Positions 47,667-58,860 of a DNA stretch of 64,000 nt are shown piece after piece. Numbering within the stretch: position 1 is the stretch's first letter; the number at the start of each line of letters is the position of its first letter. A program made the position numbers and the translations under genes. The notes beneath the pieces were generated by a model. That model was not told the DNA's origin. It worked only from the letters and a program-made list of their open reading frames with translations, and did not search any database. The stretch is from Macrostomum lignano. Its lineage: Eukaryota. The stretch spans positions 6,822-70,821 of the forward strand of contig NIVC01003900.1 in assembly GCA_002269645.1 (NCBI GenBank), in the 5' to 3' direction.

Positions 47667-50600
47667 ATGGATATCACCGGGTTTTTTGACCCCGTCAAGC
47701 ATGGACTGAAGTCTGACTTCCGACTTACCAAGTTGTCAGATCTAAAAGGATGAGGGTGTAAAGTTCCTCAGGCAGTGTTGCACACACTGCTAGAGGAACT
47801 AAAGAATGAGCCCGTTTCTTCTAATAAAAATGCTGAAGGTACTGTAGATTCAACTAATCATAATGGTTCTTTTAATTCTTCAAATAAACCAATAATTGGT
47901 AAGCAACTTATGTTATGCCTACATATAAAACTAAACTTAAGAAAATAATTTATTGTTCTTTTGTTCATCATTGTCATTGACCTAAGGTTCTACATATAGA
48001 CATCAGACAGGATCCCAATCCCAATCCCAAAATCTCAGGATCCTGAGGAAAATTGGATTCCCACAGGACTAGGATCCCAACCCTAAAAAACTTAAGAATT
48101 GGGAATAGGTCTTTTATAGTTTTGATTAAAAATTTATAGAATTAGTGATTACTTGAATGTATTTTGTTTTAACTTGCACTCATTACATTATTACTTTGTT
48201 GGTTATAAAACTTTGCATCCATTTTGTTATGTTTTACTTTTTGATTTTGACATTTTTGCTCAATTTTGTTTAATTTTATATGGACCAATAGTCAGGAAGG
48301 TAGCATAGTGTGTGCCAGAATAATTTTTGGGAGAGGGTCTATGCACCTTTTGAATGTGGTTTGTACGCTGTTTATGTGCTCTCTATGCATTGCTTCTATT
48401 CTACATGATAATAAATATTATAATTAATGAAAATGTTGATAAATATGTTTTTAATAAATTATAATAACTAAAAACATTGCTCTGAAACATTTAAAAAAAG
48501 GAATAAAGTGAGCATTTTTTGTTTTAAACTATAACTTAATTTTCTAAAAAGAATTACTTAGAAAAGTTTTTTTTGTATATTAGCGAATTACAAACTTAAT
48601 ACATTATATGGATACTAGTTTTAAAGCATAGTGACCAAGTCATTATGTTAGTATGTACCAAATATTTTAGGGACTATAGTGTGCACCATAATTGAGTGCT
48701 GCATGCATTGGTTACCTTACTGTATGCCACTTTTGTGCACTGAGTATACCAAGGACCCATTTTATGTGTTGGAATTTTCCATGCCACAGGCCACCTTCTT
48801 AATTAGGCCTATGGAAGACCCTAGACCTAGAAACTACAATTATACTAAAAGAATTGATTCCAATTCCCAAATCCCAATCCCAAAAAAGTTATTCTTAATC
48901 CTAATCTTGCCCAAAGATTTCAATCCTATTTGATCTCTACAAATGTCTGGCACATAAACAAGATGGCCACAGCTTTTAATGGCTAAATCAATAATGATAA
49001 ACCTAGGTCTTTATATTTTATTTATTTCTTATTAATAGTAGTTTATGTTAGGTTTAGGTCTTCACGTCTTAAGGAGATAGATACTGTAATAGAACTATAT
49101 TACATAATAATAATTTCTTTTAGCTTCAACTTTTATTGTAACCTGACCTATGGATATTTATCCACTAAATAAAGCAAGTTTAGTGGATATTAATATACCA
49201 TCCTATTAATATACCAGCCTAGTACAAAATGAAAACCTTATTGTATGTCTATCTTATTTTTGCATAGCATTACCACTAGCAATGGTATCTTGATAAACTA
49301 ATAAATGTAACAATAGAGAATAAATTGGTACAAACATAGAAAAAGATTAAAGTTTTTGTATTATAGATAATTAGTTTCAAATCTATTATTGTTCCAGTAT
49401 TTATGAATATGATTTCAGATAAAACAAAGCTAAAGACTGAAAAAAACTGTTTTATTGGTACAAATTTTATATACTCAAAATAAGTATAAACTTCATGCAC
49501 TTTTGTTAAAAATCACAACCTTTAATTTGTAAAAAGCATAGAAATTTTAGGTGCATTATTTTTCCAAACATGGCTAAATCCTAAATGCCTTAATATAGGT
49601 AACACTGATGACAATGAGTTAATTTTTTGGCAATAATTTGATTCATGTAGAATTTAATGCATTTATATTGATGTCTAGGTAATCTATGCTATCCATTCAA
49701 AAGATTAGTATTCAACCTTGGGCTCTTTGTTTTCCTTTATAAGAATTCTTTATATATAAATTATTTATTATTTAATCTAAAGTTAGACTCACTACAAAAC
49801 TTTGTATATAGAGATTCAGATAAAGGTTAAAGTAGAGTTAAGGCTGAAAGTTATGAGAGATATACAACAAACAAAATGAAATAAATTTGTCTTAAGTAAG
49901 ATTTTAGGCGCATGACCAAGACCGCCACATACCAAGACTACCACATACCAAGACCGCCACAGCTCTTACTGACTATTGGAATTGAGGGGAAGTTACCAAT
50001 CTTCTAGCATTGCTATTGGTTATGATGGGTTGTGGAGTTAGATGAGGAGGAAGTGACCCAAGATTGGTCACTAATAAGATGAATAAGTGGCCCAAAATGA
50101 TTTCAAGTCAACCAGGGCAATTTTAACAATTCAAATTAAATGAAAAAAACAAGGAGCCTGGCTCACTCACCTACCTGGCCAGGCTGGCCTGCTCACCAGT
50201 TCCTCTCTCGTGGCTTTGTCTTGCTGGCTCTCCCCATCTCACCCTTCATCAGCACCATCCAATAACATGGCAAGCCAAATTCCTCCCTCCTAGCTCTCCC
50301 AAGTGTGGCGGTCTTGGTGTGTGGCGGTCTTGGTGTGTGGCGGTCTTGGTCCTACACCAGATTTTATGCATTTGAATTTTTCTCTTTTCTCTTTTCTCTT
50401 TTTCTCCTTTCTTATCTTATCTTATCTATCATCTCATCTCTTTCCTTTGTTATCTTTTATCCTTTCTTATATCTTCTTTATCCTCTTTTTTACCCTTTGA
50501 TTCTTTAGTTGTAGGTGGTTCTAGGCATCAAGATGCAATAAGGTATAGCTGTCTATTCTGCTAACCTCTTAAGTCTTCTCTCTATTTTCTATTCTCTTGT

Positions 50601-53600
50601 TTTTTCTTCTCTAGTCTATCATTTTGCTTCTCTTCTCTTCTTTTTTTCTAGGCTATCATTTTTTCTTTCCTTTTTTTCCTCTCTTCTCTTTTCTCTTTAC
50701 TCTCTCATTTCCTCTCTTTAGTCTTATCTCTTCTCTTTTTTTAACATAAAGAAATAATTATATGTTACTCTTATAAGGTAGTAGCTTTGATCAGATGTTT
50801 ATCATATACTCATATAAGCTATTAAGGCTAAGTGCTAACTAATTAATTGTAGTGAGTTATCTATAAGCAAGATTGTAATTATGGCTACCAACCAATAAAG
50901 AGAAAAAGAGAGATTAGAGATTTGAGAGCAGAGATAAAAGAGGAAATAAGTTTTAAAGAATTTGAAGGTCATAGATAAAGGCAAAGGCCAGAGTTTGCCA
51001 ATGTATGTTTTAGACAAAATTTGCAAATTCTGATTAGTACCCCAGCCTATGTTATCATTTGTCTCAATATTATTTTAGCACAAATTTGCTCCATTTCTTA
51101 CTCAATTTTTGTTTAGTATGACCATGAATGTGCAAAAATAGTTCTAGAGTTTTTTTTCAGCAGATCCTATGCCTGGCTACATGTATGTAAATAAACTTGA
51201 TACTGAACTTGTAATGCATTTTCCTGCTTGTGACAGTGTCCTTTTAAGTAAATTGAGTGCATTAAATTTAATTAGACTTTGAATGTAAATGCTAGTATAT
51301 CATAGCTTGGCTGGACACTGACAGGTAACTGTTACTTTTCAATTATATCATGTTAATTAATTAATTAATTTTTAGGAATTGGCTTGGACTCGTGTGTTAT
51401 ACCTCTTCGACATGGCGGACTGCATCTGATTCAAACTACGGACTTTTTCTATCCTCTAATTGATGATCCATACACTATGGTAAATGCTTAGCTTATCTCT
51501 TACTTGTTTTAAGTCTGTGTGTGCATTTGTTTGAAGATTCATTTTTTCTGTCAAATACTAAAATATAAAACCAGAATGCTAGCTAGTCAAAAATTTACTC
51601 TGACCAGGGCTAGGCGAGTATTGGTTCTGTGACTGGCCGAGTACTTTGTGTGTGGCTTCTTTTTGAAAGTTGATTAGCTGCCTTTTCTGGGAAAGAAAAT
51701 CGTTAATATTCCAATCTGGGGGATGCTTGTGTGCTAGGCCTCTTGGCTCTGTCTTATAAAGTCCTAATTCTGAGCCTCTGCCTAGTCCTTATGCTGCCAC
51801 CAAAGTTGTCAAAGGGCTAAACTCCTGCTTTATAAATGTTGGTAGCTGCCACCAGGATTATCCTATTAATAAATTATGAGTTTATCAATCTTAGAATAAT
51901 CCGAGAAACGTTTCTTAGAATTGATCTGAGTATATATCTTAGTATTTAGTCTGAGTATTTAGTCTGAGTATTATTCTTGGAAACTATTAGCCCTTAAAGA
52001 TTTTATTCCTCTGTTATTCTGCTAGCGTTTATTCGGATTCCGGTAGCGTTTGCTGTACTTTTGGCCTGAGTGGTCTATTGGCTATACTGGTATATGTATT
52101 CCATGTACTTTGCAAGTCCTTGGGCGTTACCGAGATCAGAGGGTCACAGCCTCCGGTTATTCTTACACGTATCACTTCAGATCTACTTCGTATTCTCTTA
52201 CTACTCAATACTGCTGCTTCTCAATAGTATGTACTGTATACGCTTCAGTCTATTTCACTCTTACTTCTTAAAAGGAATTAACACAGAAAACACTTCTTCA
52301 AATTCTTATTTTCTCGGAACTCTTACTATTCGCTATCAATCACTTATTGCGGAACCGCGATGCGCAAGGTAGAAGGTTAGTTCCTCTCTCGCCGGAATCG
52401 CTTTTATTTATACTAAAATTTCCTATAGTTTTAAACAAAAATTCGTTAGCACAAAATATTATAGAAAATAAGAGTATTAAAACAAAATATGTTTCTTAGT
52501 TTTGGCGTGAATTCAAATAGACTAAACGGTGACTATTTTATAAAGAAATCGGGAGGGGCCTGCACACTTGCTATCTGCGGGATGCTTGCTGTCTTGGGGA
52601 TATGTTTTCTATTTAGGTAGAGTGTCTGTTATCTTTGTGAAGGCTTTATTTTGTTGTCTTTTTGTTACTTTTAGAAAACAGACATTCATAGCAAACAATT
52701 TTACCATGATAATTTTACTCGAATAAAGTGATTTATAAAACTGAAGAAGGAATTGGTTCTTAAGAAAATGTGCTTCCTAATGGATTTGCATAAATAATTT
52801 TTGCTCCTTTCTTATTGGTCGCCTCGAAGAGGGGCACTAAATTGCTAGTTACTTTTCTAATAATCATCAAAACTTGATTTTAAACGAGTACTGAGTGCCA
52901 AATACCAAATACCCAGTACAATACCTAGGGCCGTTTCTGACTCTGAGAAGTTGCAGAAGTCTTCTCCAGACTCTATGTTTTTAGGCATTGACAGAGAGAA
53001 AATTGATAAAAGCCTTTAAATCTTAAGAATCACAATAAAATGAAATATAAATTAATAATAATATCAAACGAATCGAATGGTATCCAAATTTAAAAACTTA
53101 CACTAGTGCCGAAGTTGATGTGTCATGACATACGCTGTTTCACAACAAAACCTATCATCAGAGAACAATTTTAATAACAAACTCTAAAATAAGACAATAA
53201 CAACATATACAGGGTCGCATCACATGTGCCAATGTTCTAAGCGACCTATACGCTATGGGAGTGACCGAATGCGACAACATGCTAATGCTGCTTGGCGTTA
53301 GCAACAAACTGTCTACGGACGAGAAGGAGATTGTTGTTAAATTAATTATGCAAGGATTTCGCGACTGCGCACTGGAAGCTGGTACATCGATTCAAGGCGG
53401 TCAGACTGTTGTGAATCCTTGGATGGTGATTGGCGGTGTGGCTACGTCTGTTTGTCTGCCTAGCGAGTACTGCCAGCCTGATGGCGCCGTGCCTGGCGAT
53501 GTGTTGTTCTTACTAAAGCTCTGGGGACGCAGGTATGTGAATAATTTGCATTGTATTAATTGTACATGTAGTTTGCTAGCTTCTGCAGCTAATGTCAATA

Positions 53601-55793
53601 GAAGTTGCTTTAATCTTAAGGATGGTAGCGATTCATTCTTGTGACCCTGTTTCACTCCATGAGTCTCTTCAGGTGTACTGTCGCTCTTCCGTAGTCTCTA
53701 CAGGTGTAGTGTCACTCTCTTCCTTAGACTCTTTAGGTGTACTGTCACCTGGGTTTTTTTGTGCGAATGGGTGCGAATAGCATCCTGGTCTTAAAAATTG
53801 CACCCTGAAATTTGACTCAGGGTGCGAAAAGCGCACCCAAATTTTTGCAAGGATGTGATGCGGGTTTTACAATTTAGTGTTTTACTGTTATGGACATCTT
53901 AAGTCCGTAACTTCGTATTCTTAGAATTAGCCAGTAATTTTTTGAATCTTTAATTAATGTAAAGCAATTAAGTTAAGCATTTGGAATTTGGAATTTGGAT
54001 CATCATTGGATGGTTTGGATGGACAAAAACTTTGAAACACTATTAGTATTAGACCAGTTTTTGTCTGCAGCAGTGCAGCGCATCCTGGTCTTGAAAATCG
54101 CACCCTGAAATCTAGCACAGGGTGCGAAATCGCACCCAAGTTATGGACGAAAAAAAAACCAGACTGTCACTCTCTTCCTTAGACTCTTCAGGTGTACTGT
54201 CACTCTCTTCCTTAGTCTCTTTAGGTGTACTGTCACTCTCTTCCTTAGTCTCTTTAGGTGTACTGTCACTCTCTTCCTTAGTCTCTTTAGGTGTACTGTC
54301 ACTCTCTTCCTTAGACTCTTCAGGTGTACTGTCACTCTCTTCCTTAGACTCTTCAGGTGTACTGTCACTCTCTTTCTTAGTCTCTTTAGGTGTACTGTCA
54401 CTCTCTTCCTTAGTTTCCTTAGGTGTACTGTCACTCTCTTCCTTAGTCTCTTTAGGTGTACTGTCACTCTCTTCCTTAGTTTCCTTAGGTGTACTGTCAC
54501 TCTTCCTTAGTCTCAACAGGTGTACTGTCACTCTTTTCTTTAGTCTCTATATTAGCTACCTCTCCTACATTCCTAGGTACCTTAATATTGGCTGCACTCA
54601 CTTCCTCTTCTCATGCTGAATCTGCTAAAAATGTTTGAAACACTTCCAAAATACAGGTAGCAGTGAATGTACACCAGTGGCTAATTGAACAGTCGGATCG
54701 TTGGCGTCAGGTATCAACGGTGCTCACTGAGCAGCAAGCACGTCAGGCTTATCAGTCAGCAACCAGACAGATGGCTCGCCTTAATCGCACCGCGGCCCGT
54801 CTGATGCGGCAGTACAATGCTCACGCGTGCACCGACGTGACCGGCTTCGGACTGTTAGGGCACGCCAACAATTTGGCAGCTTGCCAGAAAGCCGACGTGT
54901 CTATGGTGGTGCATAATCTGCCAATCATTGCCGGTATGGCGGCTGCTAGCGCTCATCTGGGCGGTGCTTTCGGTTTGTTGCGAGGCACTTCGGCTGAGAC
55001 TTCCGGCGGATTGTTAGTTGCTATGTCTAGAACTGATGCGGCAGAGTATTGCAAGGTGAGGATCATTTCTTTATGTATTGTATTTATTTAGCATTTTAAT
55101 AGTAAATTGATTACACCTGCCCCAATCGCAGCTATTGCGCAGCGCATCTGAAAGCTGCGTACGGCTGTTCAGTCCACGGACTGGGGGTCGGCACACACCC
55201 TCAGTTACCCCAGCTAAATGCTGGCACCCATTTTACAACTGGATGAACTGAAGCAATACAGAGTTAAGTGTCTTGCTTAAGGACACAAATTGCTCCGATT
55301 GTGGGATCGGGAATCGAACCCTCGACCTTCAAGTTGCGAGTCAAATCAAATCAAATCAAAATTAGTATATCGATAGATTTTGCACTGTTTGTCTGCCTGT
55401 GTAATTCATTTTTTCAAGAATCATCTGGCGAAGAAATAATAGCCGATATGTATCGTTTGTCGATCTGCTTGGAACAATTTGTGTCCTTGAGCCAGACACT
55501 TAACTCTGCATTGCTTCAATTCACCCAGCTGTAAAATAGGTGCCAGCCATTTAGGTGTCTATGGCGACCCCTCCAGTCGTTGGACTGAACAGTTACTATG
55601 TTCTATCCTATTAATAAAATCTAAAAGATAATCATTTCCAAATTCTATTTCAAAGGCTCTCGAAGCCACGTCAAGCTCTGACGGCGGCGGTGCAGCATGG
55701 ATTGTTGGTGTTGTTGAAGCTGGCAGTCGGTCAGCTGTCATTGCTGACAAGCCGCGTATTATTGAAGTCAATGCCGCTGGTAATACCGAGTAA
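47667..55793 (+). CDS. SEPHS2: Selenophosphate synthetase 2 (selenoprotein). Exons 47667-47898, 51376-51479, 53213-53532, 54657-55055, 55656-55793; in-frame TGA at 47751-47753; 1-nt deletion at about 53506
   Basis: [113 protein letters not shown]. The TGA sits at the catalytic Sec/Cys position of SelD/SPS2. Confidence 0.95.
49907..50358. mobile_element. Foldback-type MITE (MULE-like) whose TIRs are built from 16-bp subrepeats
   Basis: Three accaagaccgccacat units at left, three inverted copies at right, GG...CC ends, 8-bp TSD AGATTTTA. Confidence 0.8.
53640..54545. repeat. 33-bp minisatellite in SPS2 intron 3, split by the element above
   Basis: ggtgtactgtcactctcttccttagtctcttta; source of the 11-aa periodic ORFs. 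Confidence 0.93.
53749..54162. mobile_element. 414-bp non-autonomous DNA element with an 8-bp TSD (hAT-like), inserted in a minisatellite
   Basis: Ends CTGGGTTTTTTT / AAAAAAAAACCAG, TSD ACTGTCAC (53741-53748 / 54163-54170), internal duplicated gcaccctgaaat..cagggtgcgaaa palindrome. Confidence 0.75.
55108..55342 (-). mobile_element. tRNA-derived CORE-type SINE, most complete copy
   Basis: Minus strand: B box GGTTCGATTCC (55320-55310), then gtgtccttaagcaagacacttaactctgtattgcttcagttcatccagttgtaaaatggg, which resembles the MIR/CORE domain. Confidence 0.8.
55471..55593 (+). mobile_element. CORE-type SINE fragment, inverted relative to the adjacent copy
   Basis: gtgtccttgagccagacacttaactctgcattgcttcaattcacccagctgtaaaatagg...ggactgaacag. 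Confidence 0.78.
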
Positions 55794-56714
55794 AATTTAT
55801 TTTCAATAGTTGAGGCAGTAGAATCAGTCCGTTGTTTTTGTGTGCAGTCCTCAAAGTTGACTATCTGTGCTGAATTTTAACAAAAGCCTTTGCATCCTTG
55901 AATTGCTTTATGGCAATCGGTTCTTAAGAGCAGACTATTGAATTTTTTCTTAGAAAGAGGAGTCCAAGCCTATTCCAAGTTGTTTTTGCCAATTTTACCG
56001 ACTTATTCATTGCTGTCATGTTTTGATTATCAATCCATTTGTCTGATGATTTTTTCTGGTACTCTTTCAGATCGATAAACACAGGAACGTTTTTTCATTA
56101 GAAATTCAAATATAGAAAATTACGCAAATAAATCAGTGGTTTAAATCTGACACTTAATAAGCGTACTTTAAGATTTCGAAGCTCGAAAGTTTACTAGCTC
56201 GAAACTTCATTAAGCTCAATTTTTGACAATTTCAACGACAAACCTGATTGCATACCATTTCAACCTACTATTTTTATATTAGCACAATTGATTTAGCTTC
56301 GCGGCCTTCAAATTATGCTGTAAGTCCGGTGAATGGTGCTTAAGGTGATCAATGTTTTTGGGCTGAAAGCTTACAAACAGGCTGAAATGGTATGCAATTA
56401 GTTTTGTGTGAGGCAGATTTCAGTGCAATACCTTTCTACCTCGTCGATAGTTTTCAACAATACAGATGACTTTCAAGATGTGACTGCAAAATCGTAAAAT
56501 CAAAGTTTGCCCTTGTGAAAACGTTTCTGTGTTTGGTTAAGAAGGCTACTAGTTTTGTCCTAATTGTTAATGTCATTTATGATTTCCTGTAGCTAACAAC
56601 ACACGATATTAATTCAAGTCAGTAAAATTGTTGTTTCATTTCAAGAATTCGGGAATTCAATCGTAGCAAAATGGTACGCTCTTTTTATAGGTCTATGCAT
56701 TGCGATTCGGACAG

Positions 56715-56790
56715 TAATAAACATGACGATACAGTTTGAAAATCAGTTCGTTGTTAAAACTGACCGACTGTGTCCGAATAGAAGATGGAG
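56715..56790 (+). promoter_or_regulatory. Type II SECIS element candidate for SPS2
   Basis: ATGA (56723) + 12 nt + AAAA. Helix II GATACAGTT/GACTGTGTC, apical ministem TCAGTT/AACTGA, 3' GA at 56776-56777. Canonical helix I is weak. Confidence 0.7.
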
Positions 56791-57019
56791 GAATGCCTCC
56801 CTTATCCGATCGCATTGCTTTGACTGGGGCTGTGTGATTTTAAAAACAAGTTGCTGTGGTTCTTTGTTTTTTTTCAAATCTAGCTTGTAGAAGTTGTAAA
56901 GCTTTTTCTTGAAGTTAAGTTCAATTTATATTTATTTAGCCAACAGCTATGAAGTTTTAAAGAAATACTGGAAAATATTGTTTAGTGACTAATTACTAAA
57001 TGAGAATCAGAAGTGACTG

Positions 57020-57340
57020 TATGTGACTGTATGATGAGGATTAGAAGTTTCTCTATGATGAGGATCATAAGCGACTCTTTAGTGAGGATCAAGAGTGACT
57101 TTAGGGAGGAATAATATTGACTTTTTAGTGAGGATCAAAAGTGACTCTTTAGTGAGGATCAGGATTGACTCTATGGTGAGGATGAGGAGTGACTCTGGTG
57201 AGGATCAGGAGTGACTCTACGGTGGGGATCAGGAGTAACTATGGTGAAGATCGTGAGTGACCCTACGGTGGGACTCAGGAGGGACTCTAATGAGGAATAG
57301 GTTAACTCTTATGAGGATCAGGAGTGACTCTCCAATAAGG
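57020..57340. repeat. Degenerate minisatellite, about 22-24 bp unit
   Basis: gtgactct..gtgaggatcagga units. Confidence 0.8.
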
Positions 57341-57619
57341 ATTATGAGTAAATACTTAAGTTAAAATTTCAAATGTGCTCTTTTAGGTGAAAAATCATTA
57401 ATCAATAAAGCATTTGTTTACGTGCATTGCTTCTACTTAGCTAGGCATATATACAAGCTAATTAAAACCTCACGTATTGAATCTGCTAGTAAACTGAGCT
57501 AACTAGCACAGTAGCGAAGATTTGCTTGATATCTCTGTATTTTCGTTCCAGAGCTCATAAGTCAATCGATATTCTGTCAATCTTTGAATAAAACATCAAG
57601 TAAGATAAAAAACGTAAAA

Positions 57620-58860
57620 ATGTCGAATACTGAACAAGAAGCAACCAAATGCATCTCGCGGTTTTGCGAACGGACAGCTGATGGCGAAAGTCCCTTCTCT
57701 GGTTTTCCTTTGTGCCAAGAACATCTTGACGAAGATTTGCAAAGATGTGAAAATCGAAAGGCTGATATTCTTGAAAAGCTCGATAAGCTCTCTTGCAAGT
57801 TGGGGAGACAGTCGCTTCAGTTAGAGAAGCAGGCTTTGGCTATAGAAATCCAGGAGATTGCCGATATGTTCGATTCCATTCAAGAAAATCTACAGCAGTG
57901 GAAAGAAAAACTTATTTCGAGTGTGCAGAACGTGCACGATGGTGTGTCTGACAGGCTTGAAATTGCATCTGAATCAGACGTATGCGCCAAAGACATAGCT
58001 ACAGTGTCTAACTCTGGGAATATGCGCGACCTGATACAGCTTACAGTGTCCATGGAATCCTGGCTAGATGCTGCCACTAGAAAAACTGCTGAATTTGATC
58101 AAAAAGAGCTCAGTTGCGACAGCGACAGAACAATAATTTTGGTATTCGTTCTGTCGGAGATGTCGCTGCTGGTGTCCAGCACTTGCAAAATTTGTTTGAC
58201 AGGCATCTGAACGACGTGATGAAGACTTGCTGGCTTGATGATGGGGAAACTAAACCAACAGGAATGTTAGAGCAGGATTCTGAAATAGGCGATTTAACGA
58301 GCAAACCAACACATGTTGCAGCGTGCACTAACACTGCTGGATTTTTCGGCGATGCCTCAGGTCGGGTAGTTCGAGCTGACTCAGTTTGGCATGAAATCTC
58401 CCAAACGTTGCCACAGCCTTGTATTTTTGTGGCCTTTGAAAATCAGAGCGCCGACCATCTATTGGTACTGTCACTTGATGGTTCGGTGAGACTTAAATGT
58501 CAAGGTGAGTCAGTCAGCGGTCAAACCGCTATCAAAGGATTCGAGTGCGACAGTAGACGCCAGCTGTTGTATGTTGGCCGTGCAAATCTTGTTTCTGTTG
58601 CTGACTTAAGTGGCACTCTGCTTCATACTATAGACGGTGAACGTATCAAGCGTCCTTTTGGTACCGTTCACGGCATGACAGCCAACTCTGATAAGTTGTT
58701 TATGCTTTGTTCGACAGACAACGTATTACTGTGTATTAATAAAGATTCACTTCTAGTCGACTCAGAAATCAGATCTAGAGTATTTAACTGTTTAACATCT
58801 GCCTCTGTTGGAGTCGGACTACATGGCGGTAAAATTATACTTCGGATGCAAAATTGGTGA
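57620..58860 (+). CDS. RING-less B-box-like / coiled-coil / beta-propeller (TRIM-NHL-like) protein, intronless; frameshift at about 58111; 3' end uncertain
   Basis: CISRFC..LCQEH Zn motif, heptad-rich region, then beta-strand repeats (LYVGRANLVSVADLSGTLLHTIDG, VHGMTANSDKLFMLC); paralog at 63517. Confidence 0.6.

Noticed and set aside
54112-54619. [11 protein letters not shown] and [11 protein letters not shown] repeat proteins
   Set aside because: 33-bp intronic minisatellite within SPS2 intron 3.
56040-56400. Other SECIS-like motifs (ATGA near 56046, GTGA near 56345)
   Set aside because: The first lacks an apical AA at the right spacing; the second has several mismatches directly above the core.
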